In this document: in pieces, positions 35,542-44,473 of the stretch
Position numbering within the stretch: the stretch's first letter is position 1
How the letters are laid out: every line of letters begins with the position of its first letter
Source of the DNA: Bacteroidales bacterium
Lineage (GTDB): Bacteria > Bacteroidota > Bacteroidia > Bacteroidales > GCA-2748055
Reading direction: 5' to 3'
Length of the DNA stretch: 64,000 nucleotides
NCBI GenBank assembly: GCA_040768485.1
Contig: JAXGMU010000010.1
Span: forward strand, 1,477 to 65,476
Made by a program: the position numbers and the translations under genes
Notes under the pieces: generated by a model
What the model was told of the DNA's origin: nothing
Databases searched by the model: none
What the model saw: only the letters and a program-made list of their open reading frames with translations

Positions 35542-36369
35542 TTATTTCAGGGCCTGGCACGAGGGACAGAAGTACACCGCCCCGCCCATGTAAGCCTCCT
35601 TCACGATCGTCTCTCCGCAGTTCGGGCACGGATCCTTCAGGGTGTTTTTCGACAGGATCGTTCTGTAGCCGCCGTTCTTGCCGAAAAGGTTCTTCTCGGT
35701 GTCCCGTCCTCCCAGATCGGTCATTTTTTGCAGGGTGACCTTCAGGCTGTGGAACAGTTCGTCCTTGTGAAAATCGGAAAGGGTGGTCATCTTGCGTTTC
35801 GGGTGAAGCCCCGCGTTGAACAGAATGTCCTGCAGCACCCCGTTGCCGAGTCCCGGGATCCGCTGTTCGGTGGCGAGCAAAGCCTTGAGGGAAAGATCCT
35901 TTGTCACACTCCTGAAGAGATTCTCGAAAAAAGTCTCGTCAAACCGGTCCTCCAGCGGTGAGGTGCCGTGCAGGCTCAGCTGGTAATAGGAGTTGTCCAG
36001 TTCCCCGCTGAAGGCGAAGATGGCGCCGTACATGGCCACGGAGCAAGCGATGAAGCTCCCGTCATCAAAAACTGCCAGCAGCTGGTGTTTTTCCGGCTTT
36101 TTCTCATAGGGAGCGAAATACCTCAGGTTCGTGCCTTCGCCGAAGGTCAGGCACACATCCCCGTCCAGGCGGATATCCACGAACATGCCGTGGCCCGCGG
36201 CGGACCGGACCTGCCTTCCGGTCAGCAGTTCCGGATAGAGCGCAGGATCGCCGTGATAAAACGCGAATTTATGGGGACTTGCAGCGGGGATCACCTGTGT
36301 GATCTTTTTGCCCGCCAGGATCCTCTCTGCCTGTGAGGCGAGGGTGGCCGATTCAGGGATTTCAATCAT
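35542..36369 (-). CDS. Fpg/Nei-family DNA glycosylase-like protein lacking the N-terminal proline
   Basis: H2TH block IPGLGNGVLQDILFNAGLHPKRK and a C-terminal zinc finger CPNCG...FCPSCQ. N-terminus is MIEIPES rather than MPELPEV. A stop codon lies 4 codons upstream, so the ORF cannot be extended. Confidence 0.85.
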   Translation of the reverse strand: MIEIPESATLASQAERILAGKKITQVIPAASPHKFAFYHGDPALYPELLTGRQVRSAAGHGMFVDIRLDGDVCLTFGEGTNLRYFAPYEKKPEKHQLLAVFDDGSFIACSVAMYGAIFAFSGELDNSYYQLSLHGTSPLEDRFDETFFENLFRSVTKDLSLKALLATEQRIPGLGNGVLQDILFNAGLHPKRKMTTLSDFHKDELFHSLKVTLQKMTDLGGRDTEKNLFGKNGGYRTILSKNTLKDPCPNCGETIVKEAYMGGAVYFCPSCQALK

Positions 36370-36431
36370 GTTTCTGTTTTATGATGCATATTATTCACGC
36401 ACTCCGTATATGGAGCACGTTCTCCCGGCGG

Positions 36432-37664
36432 CTACCGGTACCTGACCCGGATGAACCGGGGATGGTATATGGTGGCGTCTTTCCGGATCTCCTCCCAGAA
36501 GTCGAGGGTGATGGTATTGTAGCTGACAAGCAATTCGCCTGGCCTCGACAGGTGGTAGTGTGCCTTTGCATTGTAGGTCAGCAGACCCTTTTCCACATAC
36601 TCCGGACAGGTATAGACCTCGTTGATCTCCCCGAAAGGGCCCACCGGGCTTTCTCCCACCCGGATCCCGATCTTGTCCGACAGGCCCAGCACGGTAAAGG
36701 TGAGCAGGTACCGGCCGTCCCCCGTCGGACTGACGCTGAGCTCGTTGGAAACAGCTGTGGTAATGGGTGCTACCTTTTTGTGGTCCTGTACCCATTCCTT
36801 TCCGTCCCAGAACCTCCAGGCACCGAAATCTTCGATCTGCCCGGGCCGGGTCCTGGCGGCGATGAGGGACTTGGTACCGTCCATGATCCCGTAGATATAC
36901 ACGAATCCGTCGGGATCCGGGGCACAGGCTTTCCGCGTATTCACAAATACCCCGCTCCCGAAGTACACCCTCCCGTGTTCCGGGTGCACAAATCCGAACC
37001 CCGTGGGGATCTGCTCATGTTCTGAAATTCCTTCCGGGGTCGGTTCCCTGATCTTCAGGAGGACCACATCGGTCTGTTCGAAATCGAAAACATCCGGACC
37101 GGTTTTATGTACATGATATGCGAACAGGTAGAGGGCATTGTTTTTTTCAGGATTGATGAAGCCGTCCCCCAGCCAGAAATATTCCCCTTCTTCCGATATG
37201 TCATTGTCGGGGGTGAAATAAGACACAGGCTGGCCGTTTACATCTGTATTGTATTTAAAGGAGATGGCCTCTTTACCGGGCGACAGGCCGTTCATCCAGG
37301 CCGTGGAGTTGTTCACCATCACGTGCCCGGGAAGGGGCACCCCGTTTACCACCTCCCCGATGTAGGTATCGCTGAAGATGAACAGGGTCTTTTTGTCCGC
37401 TGCCAGCTGCTCCTCGCATCCGTCCAGGGGGATGGAGAAGATGCCGTCAGCGCCGAACCATCCCGAAGTGCGTTCCATCAACGCGGTCCATTCGGGTGCG
37501 GGTTCGGCGGTGAAAGTCAGTGTATCCTGCAAAGGGGGTGTCTCATATGTTCCGCTTGTTTCTGACGTTTCCCCGGAGCCGGATGAACGATCCGAAGTTT
37601 TTCCCCGGTGACAGCCCGAAAGCGCCAGCAGAATCAAGGCAGTAAGAAAGAATATATTTTTCAT
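36432..37664 (-). CDS. DUF4185-like beta-propeller lipoprotein (putative glycoside hydrolase)
   Basis: Lipobox LALSGC. SGWFGADGIFSIPLDG...LFIFSDTYIG and WLGDGF blocks resemble DUF4185-type proteins. Family call is from memory. Confidence 0.7.
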   Translation of the reverse strand: MKNIFFLTALILLALSGCHRGKTSDRSSGSGETSETSGTYETPPLQDTLTFTAEPAPEWTALMERTSGWFGADGIFSIPLDGCEEQLAADKKTLFIFSDTYIGEVVNGVPLPGHVMVNNSTAWMNGLSPGKEAISFKYNTDVNGQPVSYFTPDNDISEEGEYFWLGDGFINPEKNNALYLFAYHVHKTGPDVFDFEQTDVVLLKIREPTPEGISEHEQIPTGFGFVHPEHGRVYFGSGVFVNTRKACAPDPDGFVYIYGIMDGTKSLIAARTRPGQIEDFGAWRFWDGKEWVQDHKKVAPITTAVSNELSVSPTGDGRYLLTFTVLGLSDKIGIRVGESPVGPFGEINEVYTCPEYVEKGLLTYNAKAHYHLSRPGELLVSYNTITLDFWEEIRKDATIYHPRFIRVRYR

Positions 37665-38911
37665 GGCATCTGGATTTGATCACCGTTAAATTCATTCACT
37701 GCCCGGTAGGCCGCGATGATGTTCCCGGGTGGGACCTCGGGCAGGATGTTGTGGATGGGGGCGAAGACAAAGCCCCCGCCGCGGGAAAAGATCTCGCACC
37801 TTTCAAGCACGTCCCTCCGGACTTCCTCCGGAGTGGCCCGCGGCAGAACGGTGTTGTTGTCCACCCCTCCCCCCCAGAAGGTGATCTCCCGGCCGAACTC
37901 CTGCTTCAGTTCCAGGGGATCCATCCCGTAACTGTTGGTCTGAACCGGATTGAGGATGTCGAAGCCCGCTTCGATCAGGTCCGGAATGTACTGCCGGACA
38001 CTGCCGCACGAATGAAAGAAGATCTTCATGTCGCTGTGCTGCTTCACATAGTCGCAGAGTATTTTGTACCTGGGTTTGAACAGTGTCCTGAACGTATCCA
38101 GGTCCATGAACGGCCCGGTGGTCATTCCCAGGTCGTCCCCGAACCGGATCACATCCACCAGGTCTCCCACCGCCCGGATCTTTTTCTCCAGTCCCGCCAG
38201 GTGTATCTCCGTGAGTTTGTCCAGCAACCGGGAAAGGTTCTCCTGGTCGGCCAGCAGGTCCATCAGCAGGTTGTCCATCCTCCGCAGGAAAAAACCCAGC
38301 TCCAGGAGCTTGGCCCCTCCCGACATGACAATGGCCCGATCCGTGGAAGCACGCAGCTCCCGGGTGCGGCTGCGCAGGACATCATCCGGGATATTCACGT
38401 ATTTCGTGTGTGAATGGGCGATCCAGTTGATGGATCTGAAAGCGTCCCCGATGTTTTCGAAGCTTTCAGGATAACCATCCTCCCAGGGGAACAACACCTG
38501 GTCGAAACAATTGCCCGTGGCGGCCATCCGGGACATGATCCTGCCTGCTGTGTCCTTTACGAAAAAGGAGCCATCCGGATCTTTTTCGGGCCTGAACCAT
38601 CCGGGAAACTCCCCCGTGCTTCCGTCAGCCAGTGTGAACGGGTACCAGTCCATTTCCTCCGTGAAAAGCCGGTTCAGATCCACCGCATCCACCCTGAAGG
38701 AGTCCATGATCCTTTCGTCCACCATGGCCAGCTGCTGCACCACATCGAATACCCTGGCCGGGGTTTCCACTCCAAGCCGTTTCCTGAGCTTGTTATATGC
38801 CATGGCCGAGATCCCGGTCACCGTGGATGCCCCCAGGTCGATGGGGACCCTGTCCGGTTCCCGGTGTGCGATGCTTGCCAGTATTCTTTCCCTTGATATC
38901 ATACCGTTCAT
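37661..38911 (-). CDS. Uroporphyrinogen decarboxylase (URO-D) family protein (MtaA/CmuA-like fold)
   Basis: RERILASIAHREPDRVPIDLG N-terminus, FFHSCGSV and ILNPVQ blocks typical of URO-D-like proteins. 4-nt overlap with the downstream gene. Confidence 0.8.
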   Translation of the reverse strand: MNGMISRERILASIAHREPDRVPIDLGASTVTGISAMAYNKLRKRLGVETPARVFDVVQQLAMVDERIMDSFRVDAVDLNRLFTEEMDWYPFTLADGSTGEFPGWFRPEKDPDGSFFVKDTAGRIMSRMAATGNCFDQVLFPWEDGYPESFENIGDAFRSINWIAHSHTKYVNIPDDVLRSRTRELRASTDRAIVMSGGAKLLELGFFLRRMDNLLMDLLADQENLSRLLDKLTEIHLAGLEKKIRAVGDLVDVIRFGDDLGMTTGPFMDLDTFRTLFKPRYKILCDYVKQHSDMKIFFHSCGSVRQYIPDLIEAGFDILNPVQTNSYGMDPLELKQEFGREITFWGGGVDNNTVLPRATPEEVRRDVLERCEIFSRGGGFVFAPIHNILPEVPPGNIIAAYRAVNEFNGDQIQMP

Positions 38912-39040
38912 CCAAAATTACAAATTCCCGCCACATAAGCAGACAAGTGCATCTCCATTGTGGTGTCCTGTGATGACGGAAGGAAGAATTTAACAGTTCG
39001 TTGTGAAACACCTTGTGATCGCCTGTTGTTACCACATCTA

Positions 39041-39062
39041 TGTCAGATCATCATATCTGACA
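39041..39062. promoter_or_regulatory. Perfect palindrome TGTCAGAT-catcat-ATCTGACA upstream of the DUF4386-like gene
   Basis: 8-bp arms with a 6-nt spacer, read directly from the sequence. It ends 21 nt before the ATG at 39084. Confidence 0.3.
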
Positions 39063-39083
39063 GCAAACCAAAAAAAAGATTAA

Positions 39084-39773
39084 ATGAACTCAGAAAAAAG
39101 AACAGCAAGGATCACGGGGATCCTCTATTTGTTGATCATTATCCTGGCAGGATTCAGCCAGGGATATGTCCGCTCGGGCCTGATCGTTTCCGGTGATGCC
39201 CCTGCGACAGCGGCCAACATCCTGGCTTCGGAGGGATTGTTCCGCATCGGTTTTGCGACCGACCTGACCGCTTTCATGATGGATGCAGTGGTGGCCATTC
39301 TATTGTATGTGCTCCTCAGGCCGGTAAACAAAACCCTTTCACTGATTGCAGCTTCATTCAGGCTGCTGGCGCATCCGGCCATTGCCAGCCTCAACCTGCT
39401 GAATCATTTTGCCGCCATCCAGCTCCTGAACGGATCAGCAGCCATGGGAATTTTTGAGGCAGACCAGCTGCAATCACTGGCACTGTTCTTCCTTGACCTG
39501 CATCGCTCCGGCTACCTGATCGGAGGAACATTTTTCGGAGTGCATTTGCTGCTTCTGGGGTATCTTCTATTTAAATCTGACCTGTTCCCCGGGGTCCTGG
39601 GCATTTTGATCACACTGGCCGGCCTGGGATACCTGATTGAAAGCTTCGGGGATTTCCTGTTCCCGGGCAATGAGCAGGTTTTGGGCTGGATCGTGGGTGT
39701 TTCCGCCGCAGTGGGAGAGCTGTCACTGACCCTGTGGTTACTGATCAAAGGGGTGAGGACCCGGAAGGAATAA
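39084..39773 (+). CDS. DUF4386-like integral membrane protein
   Basis: ARITGILYLLIIILAGFSQGYVRSGLIVSGDAPATAANILASEGLFRIGF matches my recollection of the DUF4386 N-terminal pattern. About 6 TM segments. Confidence 0.75.
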   Translation: MNSEKRTARITGILYLLIIILAGFSQGYVRSGLIVSGDAPATAANILASEGLFRIGFATDLTAFMMDAVVAILLYVLLRPVNKTLSLIAASFRLLAHPAIASLNLLNHFAAIQLLNGSAAMGIFEADQLQSLALFFLDLHRSGYLIGGTFFGVHLLLLGYLLFKSDLFPGVLGILITLAGLGYLIESFGDFLFPGNEQVLGWIVGVSAAVGELSLTLWLLIKGVRTRKE

Positions 39774-39814
39774 TGCAATTATCATATAAATAGCTGCAGG
39801 TTAAATATGTTAAT

Positions 39815-39834
39815 AAAAGACTCCTGCGTCTTTT
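39815..39834 (+). terminator. Rho-independent terminator candidate
   Basis: AAAAGAC-tcctgc-GTCTTTT hairpin with a 7-bp stem and A/T tracts on both sides, 42 nt after the stop at 39773. Confidence 0.5.
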
Positions 39835-39841
39835 ATTAGGG

Positions 39842-39849
39842 TATCTTGC
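39842..39849 (+). promoter_or_regulatory. TATCTTGC box (near-consensus -7 element)
   Basis: 30 nt upstream of ATG 39880, directly after a terminator-like hairpin. Confidence 0.35.
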
Positions 39850-39879
39850 CGGGTCCATTATTAAACCATAACCCTTCCC

Positions 39880-42800
39880 ATGAAAAATTCAGACAGTTTT
39901 CTGCCCGGAGCCCGATCATTCGCTGCCGGTACGGTTCTCTTTTTTGTCAGTGTCCTTGTATTGAGCGCCCAGGGACCCATCTCACCCACCGGCCTGATCG
40001 GCCAGAAGGAGATCATCCTGGTCTGGGACGAGGGTCATGACAGTACTGAAATCGTCATCCATCACCAGGTGGCCGGACTGATCACCGGTTACCAGGGCCA
40101 GCCCGACCTGAACCAGCGTTTTGAGTTCGGGGATAAAAAAACGGAGAGCGATGGTTCCTATGGCGACAGGCAGCTGGCTGTGGCCGCAGGTGATTTTAAC
40201 GGGGACGGACTGAGCGAATACGTGGCAGCCTCCATGGCCGGGAACAACCAAATACGGCTGAGGATCCCCGAACTCGCGGACAGCACGCTGACCTACAGCG
40301 ATTCCCGGACCCTCCTGGTGGGTTCGCGTGTGGACAATGAAGGTGATGTCCATGTGCTGGCCGGCAACTTCGATGACGATGGTGCCGAAGAATTCGTGCT
40401 GGCTTATAAAGACATGGATCACCTCCTGCATATTGAGTTGTATGATACGGGCGATGGACTGATGCCGGGACTTGTGGCTGAGGTTGCCGACGAAACCCTG
40501 GCCGGCAGAAACACCCATAACGGCTGGGGGATCCATGTGCATGACCTGAACAGGGACGGATTGGACGAAGTGATCACCGGATTCCGGCCGGAATCGCCGG
40601 GACAGGGTGTGTTCGTGAAGGTATACCAGCTCAATGGAAGCACCTTTGATCCGAAAGCAAGGGAGCTGATCGACAACAATGTCCTGACCGCCAATACAGA
40701 AACTGTAACCATGGCGGTGACGGCCGGCAGATTCGACCTGGAAGGCAACGATGACATTGCACTTGCCTGGGGCCGGATCGATTCCTGCGACGGGAGGGGG
40801 TGCGACGATACGTTCATTTATCCGCTTCAGATCGGGAATGATGAGGGCACGGCTGAAGTTGACGACCTGGAAGCCATCACATTCAGTTACGGCAACAGGG
40901 CGTTGACCAATCTTTCCTCGAATGAGGTCAGTCCCCTGAATCTCAAGTCGGGAGATCTGAATGGTGACGGTGTGGATGAGGTAGTGCTGGGCGGGAGCTT
41001 CGGAGCAGAAATTTTCACGGCCGACAGCACCTTTACACTGATCAGCAGGAACCGCACGGGCAACCATTCCGATGAACCCGGCTACGCGGTCGATTTTCTC
41101 AGGGTGGCGGATATCGATGGTCAGGCAGGGGATGAGGTGGTGATCATTAACCATTTCTTCAGCAATGAACCCGGAGGGGAACAATGGTTCACCCTGACCG
41201 TATACGGGTTCAGTGAGGAACTGAACAGGGATTCGGTCCTGGCACGCAGAAGCAATTTCGAATCCATATCACGCGGATCGGGCAGCAGGTACAAAAGGCA
41301 TTACGCGCTGGCAGCGGGTGATTTCAACGGTGATAATTTCCGGATCGGGGAGGGAAAAAAATATGTGAAGACAGAGGTGGTCCAGCCGCTGGTGATCCTG
41401 AACGCCCCGCCCACCCATTTCGATATCATCGGTGGCGAGGTGTATGATATCAACTCCTGTTATAATGCAAACCTGGCAAACTGCGATCACACGGCGACGT
41501 ACTACAGGTCAGACACAGAGACCAGGATGATCAACACCCAGGTGTACAGCAACTGGGGTGTCAGTGCAGGACTGAAGCTTGGGGCTTCTGCCTATGGGGT
41601 GGGTGTGGAGGCCCACATGAAGGCCACCTACGGGGAGAAATTCTCAAAGACACAGGCCGCTTCGAATACCGTTCGCATCAGCAGTGAAATATCGGCCAGC
41701 GGGGATGACCTGATCTACGCCACCGTATGTGACTATGAGGTCTGGGAGTATCCTGTCTATGCGGAGAACAATGCAGTGAAAGGCTATATTGTCGCCCTGG
41801 TGCCCACCCTCACAGAATACCGCTGGTTCCCCGGCAAAGAGCGCAGTGCCCAGGGCTATATCCCGAGGCATGAGGTCGGGAACATCCTGTCATATACCCC
41901 TTACAATGACCTGGACAATCCCGACCAGGCAGAGATCCTGAGGGGGTCCTACCTGAACGGGAGCACTGACCTGAATGAAAGTACGGATGCCACTTTCGCG
42001 GTGAATTTCAGCAACACCTTTTCGGAAGAGGAATCGCGCTCATTTGAGATCGGGCTGGAAGTGGGTGGCAAGATTGGCGGCTACGGGATCGAAGTGGAAG
42101 GTACCGCCAGTTATGAATATGGTTCCGTATCCACACATACCACAACTGTGGATGAGGAAGTTGATATCAGGGTCCATTTCGGACCCATCGACAGGGGACT
42201 GGGCGAAACGAATTTCAATGTAACCCCCTACGTGTACTGGGCCACCAACGGTGCCCTGGTGGTGGATTATGCGGCCAGGGCCATCCTGCCTTCACAGGGG
42301 GGGACGGCCACCTGGTGGAGCAGTACCTACGGGGCAGAGCAGGATCCTGCATTCATCCTTCCCTGGCGGCTGGATCCTGAAAAAGGGCTTGCCCTGCAGG
42401 ACGAAGAACGGAGGCGGCAGACCAAATCCATCAACCTCCGTCCGGCCGAGCCATCCGAGGGTGATACGGTAACCATCTCGGCACTGGTGAACAACTACAG
42501 CCTGATCGAAACAGAAGGACCGGTCCCTGTGAGCTTCTACCTGGGTGATCCCGGGAACGGAGGGTTCCTCATCACCGGGCTGAATGGAGAAAGTGTGGTG
42601 ACAACTCCCGGGAAGATCCCCGCCCAGGGTGCGCTGAAAGCCAGTTTGAATTGGAAGGTCCCCGGGGGATTACAGGCTTTCCCCCGCATCTATGCGGTGA
42701 TCGATCCCGCGGACGACATGAATGAGATACACGAGGACAACAACATCGGATGGCGGGTGATCGGGAAGTCGGAATTCACGACCGGAGTGAAGGAGCGCCC

Positions 42801-43080
42801 GTCCATTGATCCTTCCGGTGACAGGAAGGCTATGACGCGAATCTATCCCAATCCCTTCAACGGATCATTTACCATCGCTTATGAGAACACCATTCCCGCA
42901 ACCGTCACCCTTCAGGTGTACGATTCCAGGGGAAGCCTTGTTATCAGCAGGAGAGCGGAGCGCCGGTCAGCCGGTGTCCACACCATGGAGGTGAACAGCA
43001 CGCATCTCCCCCCCGGAGTCTACTATTACCATTTCTCCAACGGAGATGTGACCGAAACCCGCAAAATCGTGAAACATTAG
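39880..43080 (+). CDS. FG-GAP/VCBS-repeat protein with an unassigned middle module, a CARDB-like domain and a T9SS C-terminal sorting domain
   Basis: Seven FG-GAP-like motifs (AAGDFNGDGLSEYV, LAGNFDDDGAEEFV, VHDLNRDGLDEVI, TAGRFDLEGNDDIA, KSGDLNGDGVDEVV, VADIDGQAGDEVV, AAGDFNGDNF). CARDB-like GDTVTISALVNNYS...VSFYLGDP. C-terminal RIYPNPFNGSFTIAYE...GVYYYHF. Confidence 0.85.
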   Translation: MKNSDSFLPGARSFAAGTVLFFVSVLVLSAQGPISPTGLIGQKEIILVWDEGHDSTEIVIHHQVAGLITGYQGQPDLNQRFEFGDKKTESDGSYGDRQLAVAAGDFNGDGLSEYVAASMAGNNQIRLRIPELADSTLTYSDSRTLLVGSRVDNEGDVHVLAGNFDDDGAEEFVLAYKDMDHLLHIELYDTGDGLMPGLVAEVADETLAGRNTHNGWGIHVHDLNRDGLDEVITGFRPESPGQGVFVKVYQLNGSTFDPKARELIDNNVLTANTETVTMAVTAGRFDLEGNDDIALAWGRIDSCDGRGCDDTFIYPLQIGNDEGTAEVDDLEAITFSYGNRALTNLSSNEVSPLNLKSGDLNGDGVDEVVLGGSFGAEIFTADSTFTLISRNRTGNHSDEPGYAVDFLRVADIDGQAGDEVVIINHFFSNEPGGEQWFTLTVYGFSEELNRDSVLARRSNFESISRGSGSRYKRHYALAAGDFNGDNFRIGEGKKYVKTEVVQPLVILNAPPTHFDIIGGEVYDINSCYNANLANCDHTATYYRSDTETRMINTQVYSNWGVSAGLKLGASAYGVGVEAHMKATYGEKFSKTQAASNTVRISSEISASGDDLIYATVCDYEVWEYPVYAENNAVKGYIVALVPTLTEYRWFPGKERSAQGYIPRHEVGNILSYTPYNDLDNPDQAEILRGSYLNGSTDLNESTDATFAVNFSNTFSEEESRSFEIGLEVGGKIGGYGIEVEGTASYEYGSVSTHTTTVDEEVDIRVHFGPIDRGLGETNFNVTPYVYWATNGALVVDYAARAILPSQGGTATWWSSTYGAEQDPAFILPWRLDPEKGLALQDEERRRQTKSINLRPAEPSEGDTVTISALVNNYSLIETEGPVPVSFYLGDPGNGGFLITGLNGESVVTTPGKIPAQGALKASLNWKVPGGLQAFPRIYAVIDPADDMNEIHEDNNIGWRVIGKSEFTTGVKERPSIDPSGDRKAMTRIYPNPFNGSFTIAYENTIPATVTLQVYDSRGSLVISRRAERRSAGVHTMEVNSTHLPPGVYYYHFSNGDVTETRKIVKH

Positions 43081-43158
43081 CAAGCTTCAATCCCCGCGCA
43101 AATTTTCGGCATTTTCCCGGGTTGGACGAAACATCCGGCATGTGCAAAAAAAAATGCA

Positions 43159-43166
43159 TATCTTGC
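43159..43166 (+). promoter_or_regulatory. TATCTTGC box (near-consensus -7 element)
   Basis: 29 nt upstream of ATG 43196. This supports 43196 rather than 43142 as the start. Confidence 0.35.
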
Positions 43167-43195
43167 CTGCTGTTATCCCTAAGACCCAGAATCCA

Positions 43196-44413
43196 ATGAA
43201 AAAAGTAATTTCAAATGTATCCGGCACGGCGGGGATCCTGCTTGTGCTGCTGGCTTTTTCTATTTCCTGTAAAACCTCAACGGAAGCAACGGGCGAACTG
43301 TCTGCGGACACGCTCAAACTTGCAGACCAGAAAATGATGGCTTACGTGGAAGAGGGCAAACTGCCCTGTGTTTCCACCCTGGTGATCAAGGACGGGGAAG
43401 TAGCCCACCGGTCCGTATTCGGTTATGCGAACATCGAGGAAGGAAGGCAGCTAGGCGAGGATGCGATTTTCCGGATCTATTCCATGTCCAAGCCCGTCAC
43501 GGCTGCCGCACTGATGATCCTCTATGATGAAGGCAAATTTCAGCTGGATGATCCGGTGGAAAAGTACATCCCTGAATTCGAAGACACGAAAGTGTGGGTG
43601 GACGGGGAACTGGTCGATCAGCAGGAACCATTCACGGTCAGGCATCTGCTGACCCATACGGCCGGTTTCTGTTACGGCTGGGGACAATCCCACGTGGATT
43701 CCCTCTACCGCCTGGCAGCTAGCACAGGTTTCTCGGATTTCAATTCTCTGGCAGAAGCGATCAGGATCATTGCCGCCATCCCCCTGAAGCACCAGCCCGG
43801 AACCATTTGGGAATATTCCGTTTCCATTGACGTGGCAGGATACCTTGTGGAGGTCCTGTCGGGCATGCCTTTCGATGAATTTCTGCAGTCCAGGCTGTTT
43901 GGTCCGCTCGGCATGGACGACACGGGATTCGAGGTCCCTGAGAAAGACTTTCTGAGGCTGGCGATGATCTATACACCGGACCAGGAGACCGGGAAGCTTG
44001 TTCCTGTGGAAAGCATGACAAACGAGGTGAAGCAGGATGTGAAGGTTTTTTCCGGGGGAGGCGGATTGGTGTCCACCATCGATGATTACGGCAGGTTCGG
44101 TCAGATGCTTCTGAATGGCGGCGAGCTGGATGGTGTAAGGGTCCTGGAGGAATCCACCGTGAAGCTGATCATGAGCGACCAGCTGCCGGACGGAGTCATT
44201 TACCAGGAGGGGATCGGGTTCGGGCTCGGGGGGAAGGTGGTGCCTGAAACCGGTGAATACGGCTGGTCAGGCGCTGCATCCACCGATTTTCTGGCGGCTC
44301 CTAAAGAGAACATGGTGGTGCTCGCCTTCACGCAATACACTCCCTTCATGGGGGTTCCTTTTGCCGAAGAGTACCAGAAGTTCGTCAAAAGTGCATTGCC
44401 ATCAGCACCCTGA
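43196..44413 (+). CDS. Serine hydrolase, beta-lactamase family, lipoprotein (paralogue type of 15109-16413)
   Basis: SxxK in FRIYSMSKPVTAAALM, LLTHTAGF, YS.S (YxN position). Signal MKKVISNVSGTAGILLVLLAFSISC from ATG 43196. Confidence 0.9.
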   Translation: MKKVISNVSGTAGILLVLLAFSISCKTSTEATGELSADTLKLADQKMMAYVEEGKLPCVSTLVIKDGEVAHRSVFGYANIEEGRQLGEDAIFRIYSMSKPVTAAALMILYDEGKFQLDDPVEKYIPEFEDTKVWVDGELVDQQEPFTVRHLLTHTAGFCYGWGQSHVDSLYRLAASTGFSDFNSLAEAIRIIAAIPLKHQPGTIWEYSVSIDVAGYLVEVLSGMPFDEFLQSRLFGPLGMDDTGFEVPEKDFLRLAMIYTPDQETGKLVPVESMTNEVKQDVKVFSGGGGLVSTIDDYGRFGQMLLNGGELDGVRVLEESTVKLIMSDQLPDGVIYQEGIGFGLGGKVVPETGEYGWSGAASTDFLAAPKENMVVLAFTQYTPFMGVPFAEEYQKFVKSALPSAP

Positions 44414-44473
44414 TCCCCGAGAAGTCCGGTGCCTCAGTAAGTATCTGATCCAGTGAGACCGGAAGCCAGTGTG

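Noticed and set aside
39982-41184. 400-aa minus-strand ORF
   Set aside because: It is antisense to the FG-GAP repeat region, where the plus frame shows seven canonical FG-GAP motifs.
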